Shown: positions 10,840 to 20,543 of the stretch, piece after piece | How the letters are laid out: every line of letters begins with the position of its first letter | Numbering within the stretch: the first letter of the stretch is position 1 | Origin: Veleropilina oligotropha | Taxonomy: Eukaryota | Direction of reading: 5' to 3' | NCBI GenBank assembly: GCA_048128005.1 | Contig: JBEUKZ010000101.1 | Location: 248,001 to 275,862, forward strand | Length of the DNA: 27,862 bases | Notes under the pieces: model-generated | The model's input: only the letters and a program-made list of their open reading frames with translations | What the model was told of the DNA's origin: nothing | Database searches by the model: none | Position numbers and translations under genes: made by a program

Positions 10840-12388
10840 AGGGGACGCGAGCGAGTGCCGCCCTGGTGCTGGATGTAAGCGACGACAGTCGTGTTGTCCG
10901 TGACGAGAGGGACCGTACTGACAGGTAGACGGCTTCTAACTCTAGAAAGTTGATGTGTCGTCCCTGAAGGTCCGTCGGCCATAGGCCTGATGTCTCGTGA
11001 CTGTCGAGGTGACCACCCCAGCCGTCGTTCGAAGCGTCTGTGAACAGGTAAGCGTTCGGCTCTGGCGGGGAGATAGGAACCGACTGGTCCGGCAAAGCAG
11101 GGTTCAACCACACTGCTGTTGTGCTGGTAAACCAATGCCGTAGATCGATGCGATCCGTCCACTGCCCCGTCCGTTGTATCCAGCGATCCCTGAACGCCTG
11201 CTGCAACGGTCGTTTGTCCATGCGACCCGTCGGTAGCAGGGTCGCTACCGACTCGATGTGCCCTAGGACAGTGGCCAGTCGTCGCGCCGTAGTTATGTCC
11301 GATGACAGGGTGTCTTGGATAACCGCGCGTAGGTTCCGCATACGCTGCTGGGTCGGCTTCGCGGTGTACCGGACCGTATTGAAGTCGACTCCGAGGAACG
11401 TAAACGTCGTCGAGGGCACGAAGCAGGATTTTGTCTTGTTGATCTGAAATCCCAGGCGCTTCGCCGATGACAGGGTAAAGCTCGTAGACTGGAGGCACAG
11501 ATCCCGGGACGCCCCGAGGATCAGCCAGTCGTCGAGGTACATATGTACCCTGTGCCCTAGAGAGTGTAGGAAGGCCCCGAGGGCCTGTACTGTGCTCGTG
11601 AAGACGTACGGGGCTGACGATAGACCGAACGGTAGGCACCTGAATTGGTAGATCGTCTCCCCGTGTATAAACCGAAGGTACTGATGAGCCGTGACATGCA
11701 TCGGGACATGCAGATACGCGTCGGCCAGATCGATAGACGCTGCCCAGTCGCCCGGACGGATGGCCGCTCGAATCTTCGAGAGGGTTTCTTGCTGGAATTT
11801 CTCGGTACGAAGATATCGGTTGAGATATGAGAGATCGAGGATCGGTCTCCAGCGGCCATCGGGTTTCGGGACCAGGAAGAAATGGCTGTAAAATCCTGGT
11901 GTGCTGGGCGGCGCGGGATATATCGCTCTTTTTAGGAGCAAATCCCGCACTGCCTGGTCTAAGACCGCTTGTTTCTCTCCGTTTAGGAGACGAGCGTGTC
12001 TTGGTGGTGGTGCCTCGGTTAAGGTCGGATGCCGGTTGAATGCCAACTTGTATCCGGCACTCACGACTAAGTGGACCCAGTTGCTGTCTGTCAGCTCTAG
12101 CCACGACTGGCTGTGCGCTAACAGGCACGCTCCCACCGGCGGAAGCGGGCAACTGAGACCGTCGCGAATGCCGGCAGCCCTAGGGCCGAGGCTTCCCTCT
12201 CCCGCTCTGCTTACGGGATTTCGCTGGAGGTGCTTGCCTCTTTGGAGTGGGTTTATTGGCCGGAGGCCTACCACCCGAAGAGGGCTTCGCACGCTTAGAA
12301 GGCTTCGGGGCCGGGGTGGGCCCTGAGCGCTTCTTCGAGTCGGCAGGTGGACCCCGGGTGGGGTGCAGTACTGCCTTCTCGATGGCAC
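10137..12388 (-). pseudogene. DIRS pol (RT - RNase H - adenine-methyltransferase-like), frameshifted near 10908
   Basis: RT: FLVPKPDGRWRPILDL, IDLADAYLHVP, LPFGLSSAP, YLDD. RNaseH: TDAS, HINFLEL in one frame, then TDNTTVVAYI, HIPGKLNVRADSLSR in the next. MT-like: DLFA, YAFPP, QPWFP. Confidence 0.92.
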
Positions 12389-14462
12389 GGTCCTTCATAT
12401 CCGCCGCTCTCTTGTCGACGAACTCCGAAAAGTTGTCGCCAAAGAGAGTGGTGGCCGAGCAAGGCACGCATCGCAACGAGCGCCGGGTGGCCTCGTCTAG
12501 CGAGGTGCCTTCCAGGCAAGCGTCCCTACGAAGTAGGAGCGCATTGCCCAGGACACGTCCCGTCTCCAACGCGCTGGTCTCCTGCGCGGCAGCAACCTCC
12601 TGGAGGAAGGACAGGGCAGCCTCGTGGGCGCCGGGTCCATCCTCCTGTAGTACGGCTATCGCGCCGTCCAGGAAAAAATCCTGCACGGACGACAGCCGCA
12701 GAGCCCGTCGGGCGGCGCTCTCGAAGGCTTCCAAGGCGGACCAAGGAACCTTCGCCACGGAGGGAGTGTGACTGGCGGTCAGTCGACGCAACGAAGCGTC
12801 TACACGAGCCGGGTCAGTCGCTAGGCACGGACCAGTACAGACGAACGGGATCGCTCGCGAACTGGCCCGGAGGAACCTCCCACTACGGAACCCCGAAGGG
12901 AACTCGTTCAGCGGGGAGGACTCCACCGGATTGCGCCCCTGAATGAGCTTGGTGATCGAGTCGACGACAAGATCAACCAACCCAGACTGAGGTAAGGAGG
13001 GGAGCTCGGGGGCTTCCCTCGCAACAAACCGATGTGCTGCCGTCCTGTGCGTGACTACGTCTACGGCCGACCGAGTCGGTTCCGACAAGCCAAGCACCCC
13101 GCGAAGTGACGCAACGGCGTCGAGCCTTCGGCGGGTGGAGGAGGTCGGCTCCTGCGTGCCTGAAAGACTAGCGTCTTCGGGCCCGACCGATTCAGGGAGG
13201 TCGGAGTGAAGGGAATCGAGGTCCTCGTCGGAACGAGGGTCGATCTCCATCACGGAGGCAGGAGCCGTGCTCTGCGCCAAGGGCAGATGTGTAGGTACCA
13301 GGCGCGGCTGGGGAGCCGTCGGCCAGGCCTTACACTGTTCCTCGATCCCCGCCGCGATCCATGCCTGGACGTTCTCCAAAGAGAAACCCGGAGGCAGGAC
13401 GGGCGTCGAACTAACAGCCTGTAGTTCAGTCGAGGAAACCGTGGCGCTAGGTAGACGGGCGGCATAGACAGGTGGGGCCGAGGACCAGGGTCCTTGGGCA
13501 CGTGTCGAGAGGTCGAACCCTAAGGGCTGGCCCGAAGGCGCAGTCAGTGGGCCGGACGACCGAAAAGACTGCGGCAACAGTCCGTATCGGTCTACCCCTC
13601 TGCTCGGTGGAGGCACGGTCGGAAAACCGCCGTAGAACCCCGCACCGAACGCAGCCGGTCTGTCCACGTTCTCTAGCGTGACCATCGTGGGTGCACGGGA
13701 AAGAACGGGCCCTCTGAATGTCTCGTGAGCTTCGAGGTTGAGCGGAAAACCCTTGGGGGTAGTCGCGTCGGTCTCGATCGAGGATTCAGGTGTCGCCGAT
13801 TGTCCGAGTCTTAGACCTACAAGTAGGTGCCCGGCCTCTTTAAAGGCTTTCTCTGCATTGAGTCTGTCCCCGTCGCAAGACGGAGAGTTTCCCGCAGAAG
13901 GACTAACTGTCCCCTTATTCTTCGAGGCCGAAGAAAAGGATGGGGATTGTCTGCCCTGTTCAGCTGTTCTCTGCGCTGCCAGATATACCTTGCTAGCCGG
14001 CAAGGTATGGTTGGCTGCAGTTACTTGGCCCGTTTGAGGAGGAACGGTCGGCACTCGGGCCGTTACCTGAATCTGGGGTCCCGGCGAGGTTTCGGTGACT
14101 CCCCCAAGAGTCGCGGAGGTTGCGCCGGGGGCCGTTCCGGCGACAGCTGGCCCCTTAGGTCTGCTGGCGTCCATTAGCGTCCCTGAATCAGAGAAAGAAG
14201 AAACGTTATCCCTTACGGAACCCCTAAGGGAACTCGTTAACTTACTCGCCTCTTCCTGACCCATCGCAGGGGAAGGACCCACCGTGGCAGTCGCCCTGGT
14301 CGACTTACCCTGGTGGGCTAGAACCGCCCACTGCTTATCTGATAAAAGAAGGCACAGATCACATTGAAGATTAAGACTACAAGTACGGTGAATACGGCAT
14401 TCCTTGTGCTTATCAAACCCGTGAATTTTCTGGTTACACCCGGAGCTACTGCACCGGACCAT
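12180..14462 (-). CDS. DIRS ORF1, Gag-like protein (760 aa from the first ATG)
   Basis: N-terminal Cys/His cluster (CSSSGC..DKHKECRIHRTC..CDLC), low-complexity middle, LLRRD..LF motif region and basic tail. Sits 5' of pol. Confidence 0.85.
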   Translation of the reverse strand: MVRCSSSGCNQKIHGFDKHKECRIHRTCSLNLQCDLCLLLSDKQWAVLAHQGKSTRATATVGPSPAMGQEEASKLTSSLRGSVRDNVSSFSDSGTLMDASRPKGPAVAGTAPGATSATLGGVTETSPGPQIQVTARVPTVPPQTGQVTAANHTLPASKVYLAAQRTAEQGRQSPSFSSASKNKGTVSPSAGNSPSCDGDRLNAEKAFKEAGHLLVGLRLGQSATPESSIETDATTPKGFPLNLEAHETFRGPVLSRAPTMVTLENVDRPAAFGAGFYGGFPTVPPPSRGVDRYGLLPQSFRSSGPLTAPSGQPLGFDLSTRAQGPWSSAPPVYAARLPSATVSSTELQAVSSTPVLPPGFSLENVQAWIAAGIEEQCKAWPTAPQPRLVPTHLPLAQSTAPASVMEIDPRSDEDLDSLHSDLPESVGPEDASLSGTQEPTSSTRRRLDAVASLRGVLGLSEPTRSAVDVVTHRTAAHRFVAREAPELPSLPQSGLVDLVVDSITKLIQGRNPVESSPLNEFPSGFRSGRFLRASSRAIPFVCTGPCLATDPARVDASLRRLTASHTPSVAKVPWSALEAFESAARRALRLSSVQDFFLDGAIAVLQEDGPGAHEAALSFLQEVAAAQETSALETGRVLGNALLLRRDACLEGTSLDEATRRSLRCVPCSATTLFGDNFSEFVDKRAADMKDRAIEKAVLHPTRGPPADSKKRSGPTPAPKPSKRAKPSSGGRPPANKPTPKRQAPPAKSRKQSGRGKPRP

Positions 14463-15214
14463 AGCTGAATACACGGGAGGGTGGCAGTGGGTGTAAGGGT
14501 TAGATAAATAGGTATATATAAGGTAGTGTGACTTGTTACTACGACAACTCTTTTTAAATTGCCCTGATCTGAAGATCAAAGATCAGACGATATACCGCAA
14601 AAAACCCCGAACTGGGAACACCGAGGTCGGGTAATTACCCGACGCGACCCGGTAAAACCCAGCAAATTGACTAAAACAAAGGGGGGTTCGTTCTTAGAAC
14701 AAACCGCCCAGAAAAACACCTGAAAACCTCGTGGATGTTTTTATGTTAGTACAATGGCGTATTATCCCAGAAACGGCAGGATATCAGAAAAACGCAAGCG
14801 TGATATCAAACGATCCTGCCTATTAACGACGCTAGAAATTTTATACAATAATAACCAGCAATAGCGTCGTTAAGGAATTATCCAATATAATGAGTTACCT
14901 GTTTGCAGTCTCAAACAATATCAGATAAGAATACCGACCAGAAATTTCTTCTAATTACGGATTTCCCCCTCTAGGCGGCCATGCTTTTTCCCTTAGCAAC
15001 GGCGGCGTTGTCGGTTTCAGTTGATTTTCCAGAACTTCGTTTCTTCAAATCATCTATGATCAACACTATTCACATGTGTTTGTATATCCACAACACAGGG
15101 TATTCCACAACTTATATAAAGTTGTCGTTAATCGCCCTCGATCTTAACGTAAAAATCGAAGACAGATTCGAAAGATTTGCGGAGCAAAAAACACGTCTTT
15201 CCGTTTTCGCGGAA

Positions 15215-15415
15215 AACTTTGAATTGATGTCTGGTGACTTGATAGCCCGGATGTCTCGCGAGACTTGGCGAGATCTCGCTGGAGGAACTTAGAGAGGGGA
15301 AGCAGGGAAGGTGGTCGTGGTTGTTTTTGACTTATTTAGTGCATAAATGTGACTTTATTCACTGTTTCCGGTTAGCGATAATATGACTATTATGGCAAGA
15401 GTAAGGACGTAAGTA
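15215..15415. repeat. DIRS 5' inverted terminal repeat (201 bp); unique terminal extension 15416-15431
   Basis: Exact reverse complement of 8044-8244. Confidence 0.95.
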
Positions 15416-15431
15416 AGTTTGTAACTACATA

Positions 15432-16060
15432 CGACACTTATAGATTTGGCGTGTGATCCGAGCTCCAAAATGGCTGTTGTGACCTCCATTTTGGATTTTA
15501 AATCATAATTCCTTGTGATCGCTCTAAATGAGCCATTTCTTAACGGAATGTTTTTAATTTTGGTATGTGCATTGGTTGGGGCGAGGACATGACACCTATA
15601 GAATTTTGGGTGTGGTCCGACCTCCAAGATGGCTGCCATAGCCACCATAATTACATGTGATCACTCCAAACAGGTCATTTCTTAATGGAATGTTTTCAAA
15701 TTTGGTATGTACATTGGTTGGGGTGAGGACACGACACATATATTTTGGGTGTGGTCCGACATCCAAGATGGCCACCGCCAATAGATTCCTCGTGATCGCT
15801 CTAGACATGTCATTTCTTAACCGAATGTTTTCAAATTTGGTACGTGTATTGGTTTGAACGAGGACATGGCACTTATAGATTGCGGGTGTGATACGACATC
15901 CAAGATAGCTGCCGCCGAGAGATTCCTCGTGATCGCTCAAGACAGGCCATTTCTTAATGGAATGTTTTCAAATTTGGTATGTGCATTGGTTTGGATGAGG
16001 ACACGGCACCTAGAGATTTTGGGTGTAGATGGCTGCTGTGGCCTCCATCTTGGATATTAA
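15432..16060 (+). repeat. Degenerate ~120-140-bp tandem repeats inside the outer HINE; first unit begins at ~7955-8007 and is split by the DIRS
   Basis: Recurrent ttaa(c/t)ggaatgttttcaaatttggtatgtgcattggtt...gaggaca(c/t)g(a/g)cac...caagatggc. Confidence 0.85.
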
Positions 16061-16248
16061 AGCATAAAGCCAGCGAGGCGAAACTTTCTACATATGATGG
16101 ACGTCTAATGATGAAGCTATATTGTGAGCGAAAAATCAATCGAGTGTAAGCCAAGATGGGTGTGGGCAATAGAACGCGATCAGCTTGAAGCCCTGTACAG
16201 CTGCTTAGCAGCTTTAATTACAATTGATTTTCATGGCTTGTATGACAA

Positions 16249-16349
16249 ATATTAACCTGCCACCCCACGGCGATATCGGTCTTAATGGCTCTCCCTTCAC
16301 TCGAGCTATTAACGCCGCTATCGCCAAGCGTGGCAGGTTATTATATATT
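16249..16349. repeat. Short imperfect palindrome (fold-back element remnant)
   Basis: taacctgccac..ggcgata.cgg..ttaat pairs with attaa.gccg.tatcgcc..gtggcaggtta. Confidence 0.7.
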
Positions 16350-16409
16350 GCGTAGTTGCTGGAAGTTATATAAACTATTTGATTCACACCATGGTCATAT
16401 CAATAGGAC

Positions 16410-16650
16410 TTTGGACACAGAGTCCCGTGTTCATCTCTTGAGCTTGTAAATTTCACTTGGGCAAGGAAATAGGAATATATTTGCCTCGGTTCACCCAGCT
16501 GATCTTAATCGGTAATCCTCGTTGGCAGTTATTTCAGTCACGGCTGTAATGCCCACAGATGGAGTTCAGATGGCATATCGAGTGAACCTAAAACCAGGCA
16601 TAATAATGTTGAGTACATTGAGACACTAGCATAATAATTCACTTTACAAG
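16410..16650 (+). mobile_element. Degenerate SINE related to the one at 26640-26962
   Basis: cttgggcaaggaa...ttgcctcggttcacccagc is shared in reverse complement with 26843-26886. Confidence 0.65.
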
Positions 16651-16727
16651 ACATCCCAAATTGATTGAATTTAAATTTTCATTTTACTATTTTGACAGAT
16701 TTGCACAAAAATAACTTATGCACTTGC

Positions 16728-16830
16728 CTGTCGATGCGTAACTCCAATGCTACGCCAGTTTCCGATTCCTTTGGAATATGCTCCATTCGGATTACTGTGT
16801 TCACAAATGTCAACTTAACACGCGAAATTA
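16728..16830 (-). CDS. ATG2: ATG2 coding exon 4 (ends at a GC donor)
   Basis: Acceptor tttattacag. Encodes (V)ISRVKLTFVNTVIRMEHIPKESETGVALELRID(R). 103 nt, phase 1 to 2, which requires the donor CAG/gcaagt. Confidence 0.9.
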
Positions 16831-17080
16831 CTGTAATAAAAATATAAACAGTAAACAATTTACATTAAATATAAACATGTTATATTAAAAGATTTTGATA
16901 GCATGCTAAAATTATAGATAGAAGGTAACTCTAACTGTCTATCACTTGACCAAGATTAATACTTTATTAAATTAGCCGGTTTCTTATTTGTATTAATTGG
17001 GTTTCTTGAAAATGTGACATCCAGAGTTTTATCCTACAAAATATGGTAAATTCACAACATGACCATGTAGCTGTTAGATG

Positions 17081-17720
17081 GGATTTACACATCAAACGTT
17101 ATAAACGGTCTGCTCACCTGGGATTTACACATCAAACATTATAAACGGTCTGCTCACCTGGGATTTACACATCAAACGTTATGAACGGTCTGCTCACCTG
17201 GGATTTACACATCAAACGTTATGAACGGTCTGTTCACCTGGGATTTACACATCAAACGTTAGGAACGGTCTGTTCACCTGGGATTTACACATCAAACATT
17301 ATAAACGGTCTGCTCACCTGGGATTTACACATCAAACATTATAAACGGTCTGCTCACCTGGGATTTACACATCAAACGTTATAAACGGTCTGCTCACCTG
17401 GGATTTACACATCAAACATTATAAACGGTCTGCTCACCTGGGATTTACACATCAAACGTTATAAACGGTCTGCTCACCTGGGATTTACACATCAAACGTT
17501 GTAAACGGTCTGTTCACCTGGGATTTACACATCAAACGTTATAAACGGTCTGCTCACCTGGGATTTACACATCAAACGTTATGAACGGTCTGCTCACCTG
17601 GGATTTACACATCAAACGTTATAAACGGTCTGCTCACCTGGGATTTACACATCAAACGTTATAAACGGTCTGCTCACCTGGGATTTACACATCAAACGTT
17701 ATAAACGGTCTGCTCACCTG
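17081..17720. repeat. 40-bp minisatellite, 16 units, each containing the exon 3 splice donor
   Basis: Unit ggatttacacatcaaacgttataaacggtctgctcacctg. Confidence 0.97.
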
Positions 17721-17882
17721 AATCGATGGTCCACGCGAACTTCTCGAGCCCGTCGTACTTCTGCGCCTCACTCTGAGCATCAGCCTTCTCCGCCTTCAGG
17801 CATTCCTTGGCGAGCTGCAGACTCGAGGTCATTATGCTGCTCACACTGCTCATGCTGTTGATCATGGCCTCCATTGCGTTGC
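17718..17882 (-). CDS. ATG2: ATG2 coding exon 3
   Basis: Acceptor tttctgtttcctag. Contains MTSSLQLAKECL...GLEKFAWTIDS (ATG2 MTSSxQLAKECL/GLEKFAxTI motifs). Donor CAG/gtgagc; 165 nt, phase 1 to 1. Confidence 0.93.
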
Positions 17883-18223
17883 CTAGGAAACAGAAAGGTC
17901 AAGGTCATTATGTTGTTCACAGTGCGGGCAAGACATTATCTAATACTTCAACTCCAATCCCGCTGTCTCTCTCTCTGTCCCTCCATAACGTTATGCACTC
18001 GCCTCACTTTTATTCGGGTCGAGAGCTGAAATAGGTTTCGGGCGATACTCACTTGCTGCAATGTGTAAGGCCCACTGGTGGCCAGCGAAGTTCTAGACTA
18101 GTGACTTATATGGCTTGGGCACCAAGCAAACAGACACACCTACAGAATTGCATTTGTTTTTACAGTTTATTTGGTTTGTTTTTCCAAGTGTGAAATCGCC
18201 TACACTGCCAGCCTGTAACCTAC

Positions 18224-18392
18224 TGTTGTCAAGCCTCTGTCTGGGGGTCAGCGTGACCTCCAGCCCCGACACTTCGATCAACATGTTGTCACTGATGAGG
18301 GATGACCATGGGATGGTGACCGTGATGCTGCCGATGAACCCATCCTCGATCCGCACCGGCACGGAGAACGTCTCCAGTGCCTCGTTGAGCGA
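18224..18392 (-). CDS. ATG2: ATG2 coding exon 2
   Basis: Acceptor cttttcag. Encodes SLNEALETFSVPVRIEDGFIGSITVTIPWSSLISDNMLIEVSGLEVTLTPRQRLDN. Donor ACA/gtaggt; 169 nt, phase 0 to 1. Confidence 0.92.
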
Positions 18393-19100
18393 CTGAAAAG
18401 GGAAGCAGATGGCATTATAAGATGCACAATGGAAATACAGTGTTAAACCAACTACAGTTGCAAAGTAACCCGTTAAAAATATATAAAATAAGCATTATTA
18501 AACATTTCAAGTTCTGCAGATAAACCCAAGCATTGCAGTATTTATAAAGGCGGTTACAATGTTTGGTTTTGAAAAGAGATGTAATTTTAACCCTGGTGGA
18601 TTGTGGGAAAGTACCCAAAAATCACCAGAGCTTGCACACACAGCCTCCGACACACCCTGGGTATGCACTTGGTACTGAATGCGAAGTTAACAAACAATAC
18701 AAGAAATACAGAAACAAAATATAGCATATAAATTATATATAGCCTACATGTTAGTAACAGTTACAGTAGACTGCCTCCAAATTACAATAATATTCAATTT
18801 CAAAATCGATGTGTCATATGAGCCTCATATGATATCTAGATAGAAGACTGTTGAGTTATACAGTCATGTTATTGATAATGACGCATATATGTTAGCGTAC
18901 AACAACTCCTGCATTAGTTCCCGCTTATAGGTCACGCTCGTTTTTTTTAAATTTCGAAATGTAAACAAAGATCACAATCGAAGATGGCGAATGGTGATGA
19001 GGACACAACAGCCAAGTACAGAAAACGCAAATAATCATTACACTATGTGATTACAGAAATGCTCTGCTATTCCAGTTTGTCTGAGAATTGACCAGTTTAC

Positions 19101-19268
19101 CTCCATATCCAGTTCGAGGTCTTCGATTTTTCCCGTTCCATTGTAGATGTCGACGCTCAGCTGGTCGAGGGTCAATTTCTCCCGAAGGAAGTTTCCCAAA
19201 TAGTGCTGTAATAAATACCTACACGCCCTCTTCTTGATAAAATCCGACCACATAAAATACCAGGGCAT
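19101..19268 (-). CDS. ATG2: ATG2 coding exon 1 (Chorein_N/VPS13-like N-terminus)
   Basis: MPWYFMWSDFIKKRACRYLLQHYLGNFLREKLTLDQLSVDIYNGTG matches the ATG2A/B N-terminus as I recall it (KKRACRYLLQxYLGxFLxEKLxLxQLS). 168 nt, donor GAG/gtaaac, phase 0. Confidence 0.95.
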
Positions 19269-19339
19269 CTTTCCTGTGGTTGTTACAAATTAAAGTGCGT
19301 ATTGTGCGCATTGACTACAAAAATAAACATATTTCACTT

Positions 19340-19395
19340 TCTATCGTTCACAACTGCGCCATGATGATTGTAAATAAACCGTGACGTCATACACA
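19340..19395 (-). promoter_or_regulatory. Putative ATG2 proximal promoter with a perfect CRE (TGACGTCA, 19382-19389)
   Basis: Palindromic CRE about 115 nt upstream of the ATG. The TSS cannot be determined from sequence. Confidence 0.4.
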
Positions 19396-20075
19396 CCTGG
19401 TTAAAGGGACACAACTCTTACAAAATAATGCATTTTTCTATTTTAACGTATGTTGTGTCCAAAATATTCAAGAATAATATGCCACCATACAAGATAAATA
19501 AATAGATAGTGCAAATATTTATTAATATCCATCTTAGACCATGAATTATCTTATAAGGCAACGTGAACGAGCAATTATTACACATGGGTATAGCAGCCGT
19601 TTAATTATGTAATCATTTACTTTAAAAAATGATATACAAAAATTAACGTGCGTCGTTTTGACATTTATTTATTTTTGTATCAATTATGTTTATTTCGTAT
19701 ATTTACAATGCAATTATCTATATCATTAAATAAATGTTGTAATAAAAATAGACGTTTATTTCTGATATCAAAAAGATAAATTGTATTCTTTATATGAAAT
19801 AAAGAATTATAGTTGGCAAAATTTAGGTTGTAATACATTAACACATAAATGTATAAAACGCATACAAGAAAGGAGACAATTTTGATCCCATAAACTACCG
19901 ACCATCGTAACATTTAATTTTTATGCAAATTATTGAAACATTTAATCGGCAGCAACATTGGGAGGAATCTGATTATAAAGAAAACCATCTGGATATGACA
20001 AGGCACAGTCTTCAAGTGTCCTACATTTTATCCGATACATGAGTTGTAGGCTATGTAGTATTTGGAGATACAGTA

Positions 20076-20135
20076 TCAGGCGCGGATCCAGGGGGGGGGG
20101 GGGCGGGCGCACCCGGCGCACGCCCCCCCTAAAGT
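20076..20135 (+). mobile_element. Probable terminus of a non-autonomous DNA transposon (GC-rich hairpin end)
   Basis: caggcgcggatccaggggg...gggcgcacccggcgcacgccccccc sits in AT-rich DNA. The partner end was not found. Confidence 0.45.
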
Positions 20136-20292
20136 TGGCCAAGCATACTAAAATAATGTGTATAATCTGATACAAATGACTTTCAGAACATTATAAATAG
20201 GCTGTTGCAATGTAATAATGCAGGAGGGGGGATTTCACATCTTAATTGTCAAAATTATCATATAAAATCTGTACAATTATATTAGGCCTACG

Positions 20293-20543
20293 TATATAGC
20301 TACTCTGCATGTATATAGCTACTCTACATGTGTATAGCTACTCTACATGTATATAGCTACTCTACATGTATATAGCTACTCTACATGTGTATAGCTACTC
20401 TACATGTATATAGCTACTCTACATGTATATAGCTACTCTACATGTATATAGCTACTCTACATGTATATAGCTACTCTACATGTATATAGCTACTCTACAT
20501 GTATACCGGTATAGCTACTCTACATGTATATAGCTACTCTACA
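20293..20543. repeat. 20-bp minisatellite, ~12 units
   Basis: Unit atatagctactctacatgta. Confidence 0.95.

Larger units (their letters stand above)
8008..15431 (-). mobile_element. Full-length DIRS1-type tyrosine-recombinase retrotransposon
   Basis: ITRs, ICR, gag, RT/RNaseH/MT-like and YR frames. No TSD; the flanks rejoin into one unit of the surrounding repeat. Confidence 0.96.
3684..16219 (+). mobile_element. Non-autonomous Helentron-type (HINE-like) element, interrupted by nested insertions
   Basis: subTIRs AGGGCTTCAAG (3686-3696) and CTTGAAGCCCT (16184-16194), 5' internal IR plus (ATT)n, 3' hairpin AGCTGCTTAGCAGCT followed by TTAATT, and internal tandem repeats. Pairing of the two ends is inferred. 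Confidence 0.65.
3396..16727 (-). other. ATG2 intron 4, 13,332 nt, non-canonical GC-AG
   Basis: Exon 4 and exon 5 phases and protein continuity (..LRID-R-IEY..) fit only with AG/GCAAGT...TTTAG. Confidence 0.82.

Noticed and set aside
10137..12152. 671-aa ORF as a genuine protein
   Set aside because: It is a chimera created by the deletion: the ORF3 frame upstream joined to the RNaseH/MT frame downstream.
14463..14579. 39-aa N-terminal extension of Gag
   Set aside because: It starts at TTG. The first ATG at 14462 directly precedes the Cys/His motif.
10348..15292. Plus-strand ORFs within the DIRS, including 14981-15292
   Set aside because: They are antisense shadows of GC-rich coding DNA or run into the ITR, with no recognisable motifs.
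18053..18097. Possible cassette exon in ATG2 intron 2 (donor CAA/GTGAGT)
   Set aside because: The acceptors are weak, the 40-nt form frameshifts and the 45-nt form has an immediate stop. Exons 2 and 3 join correctly without it.
19401..19420. TTAAAGGGAC as a Kolobok-type transposon end
   Set aside because: No matching opposite terminus was found.
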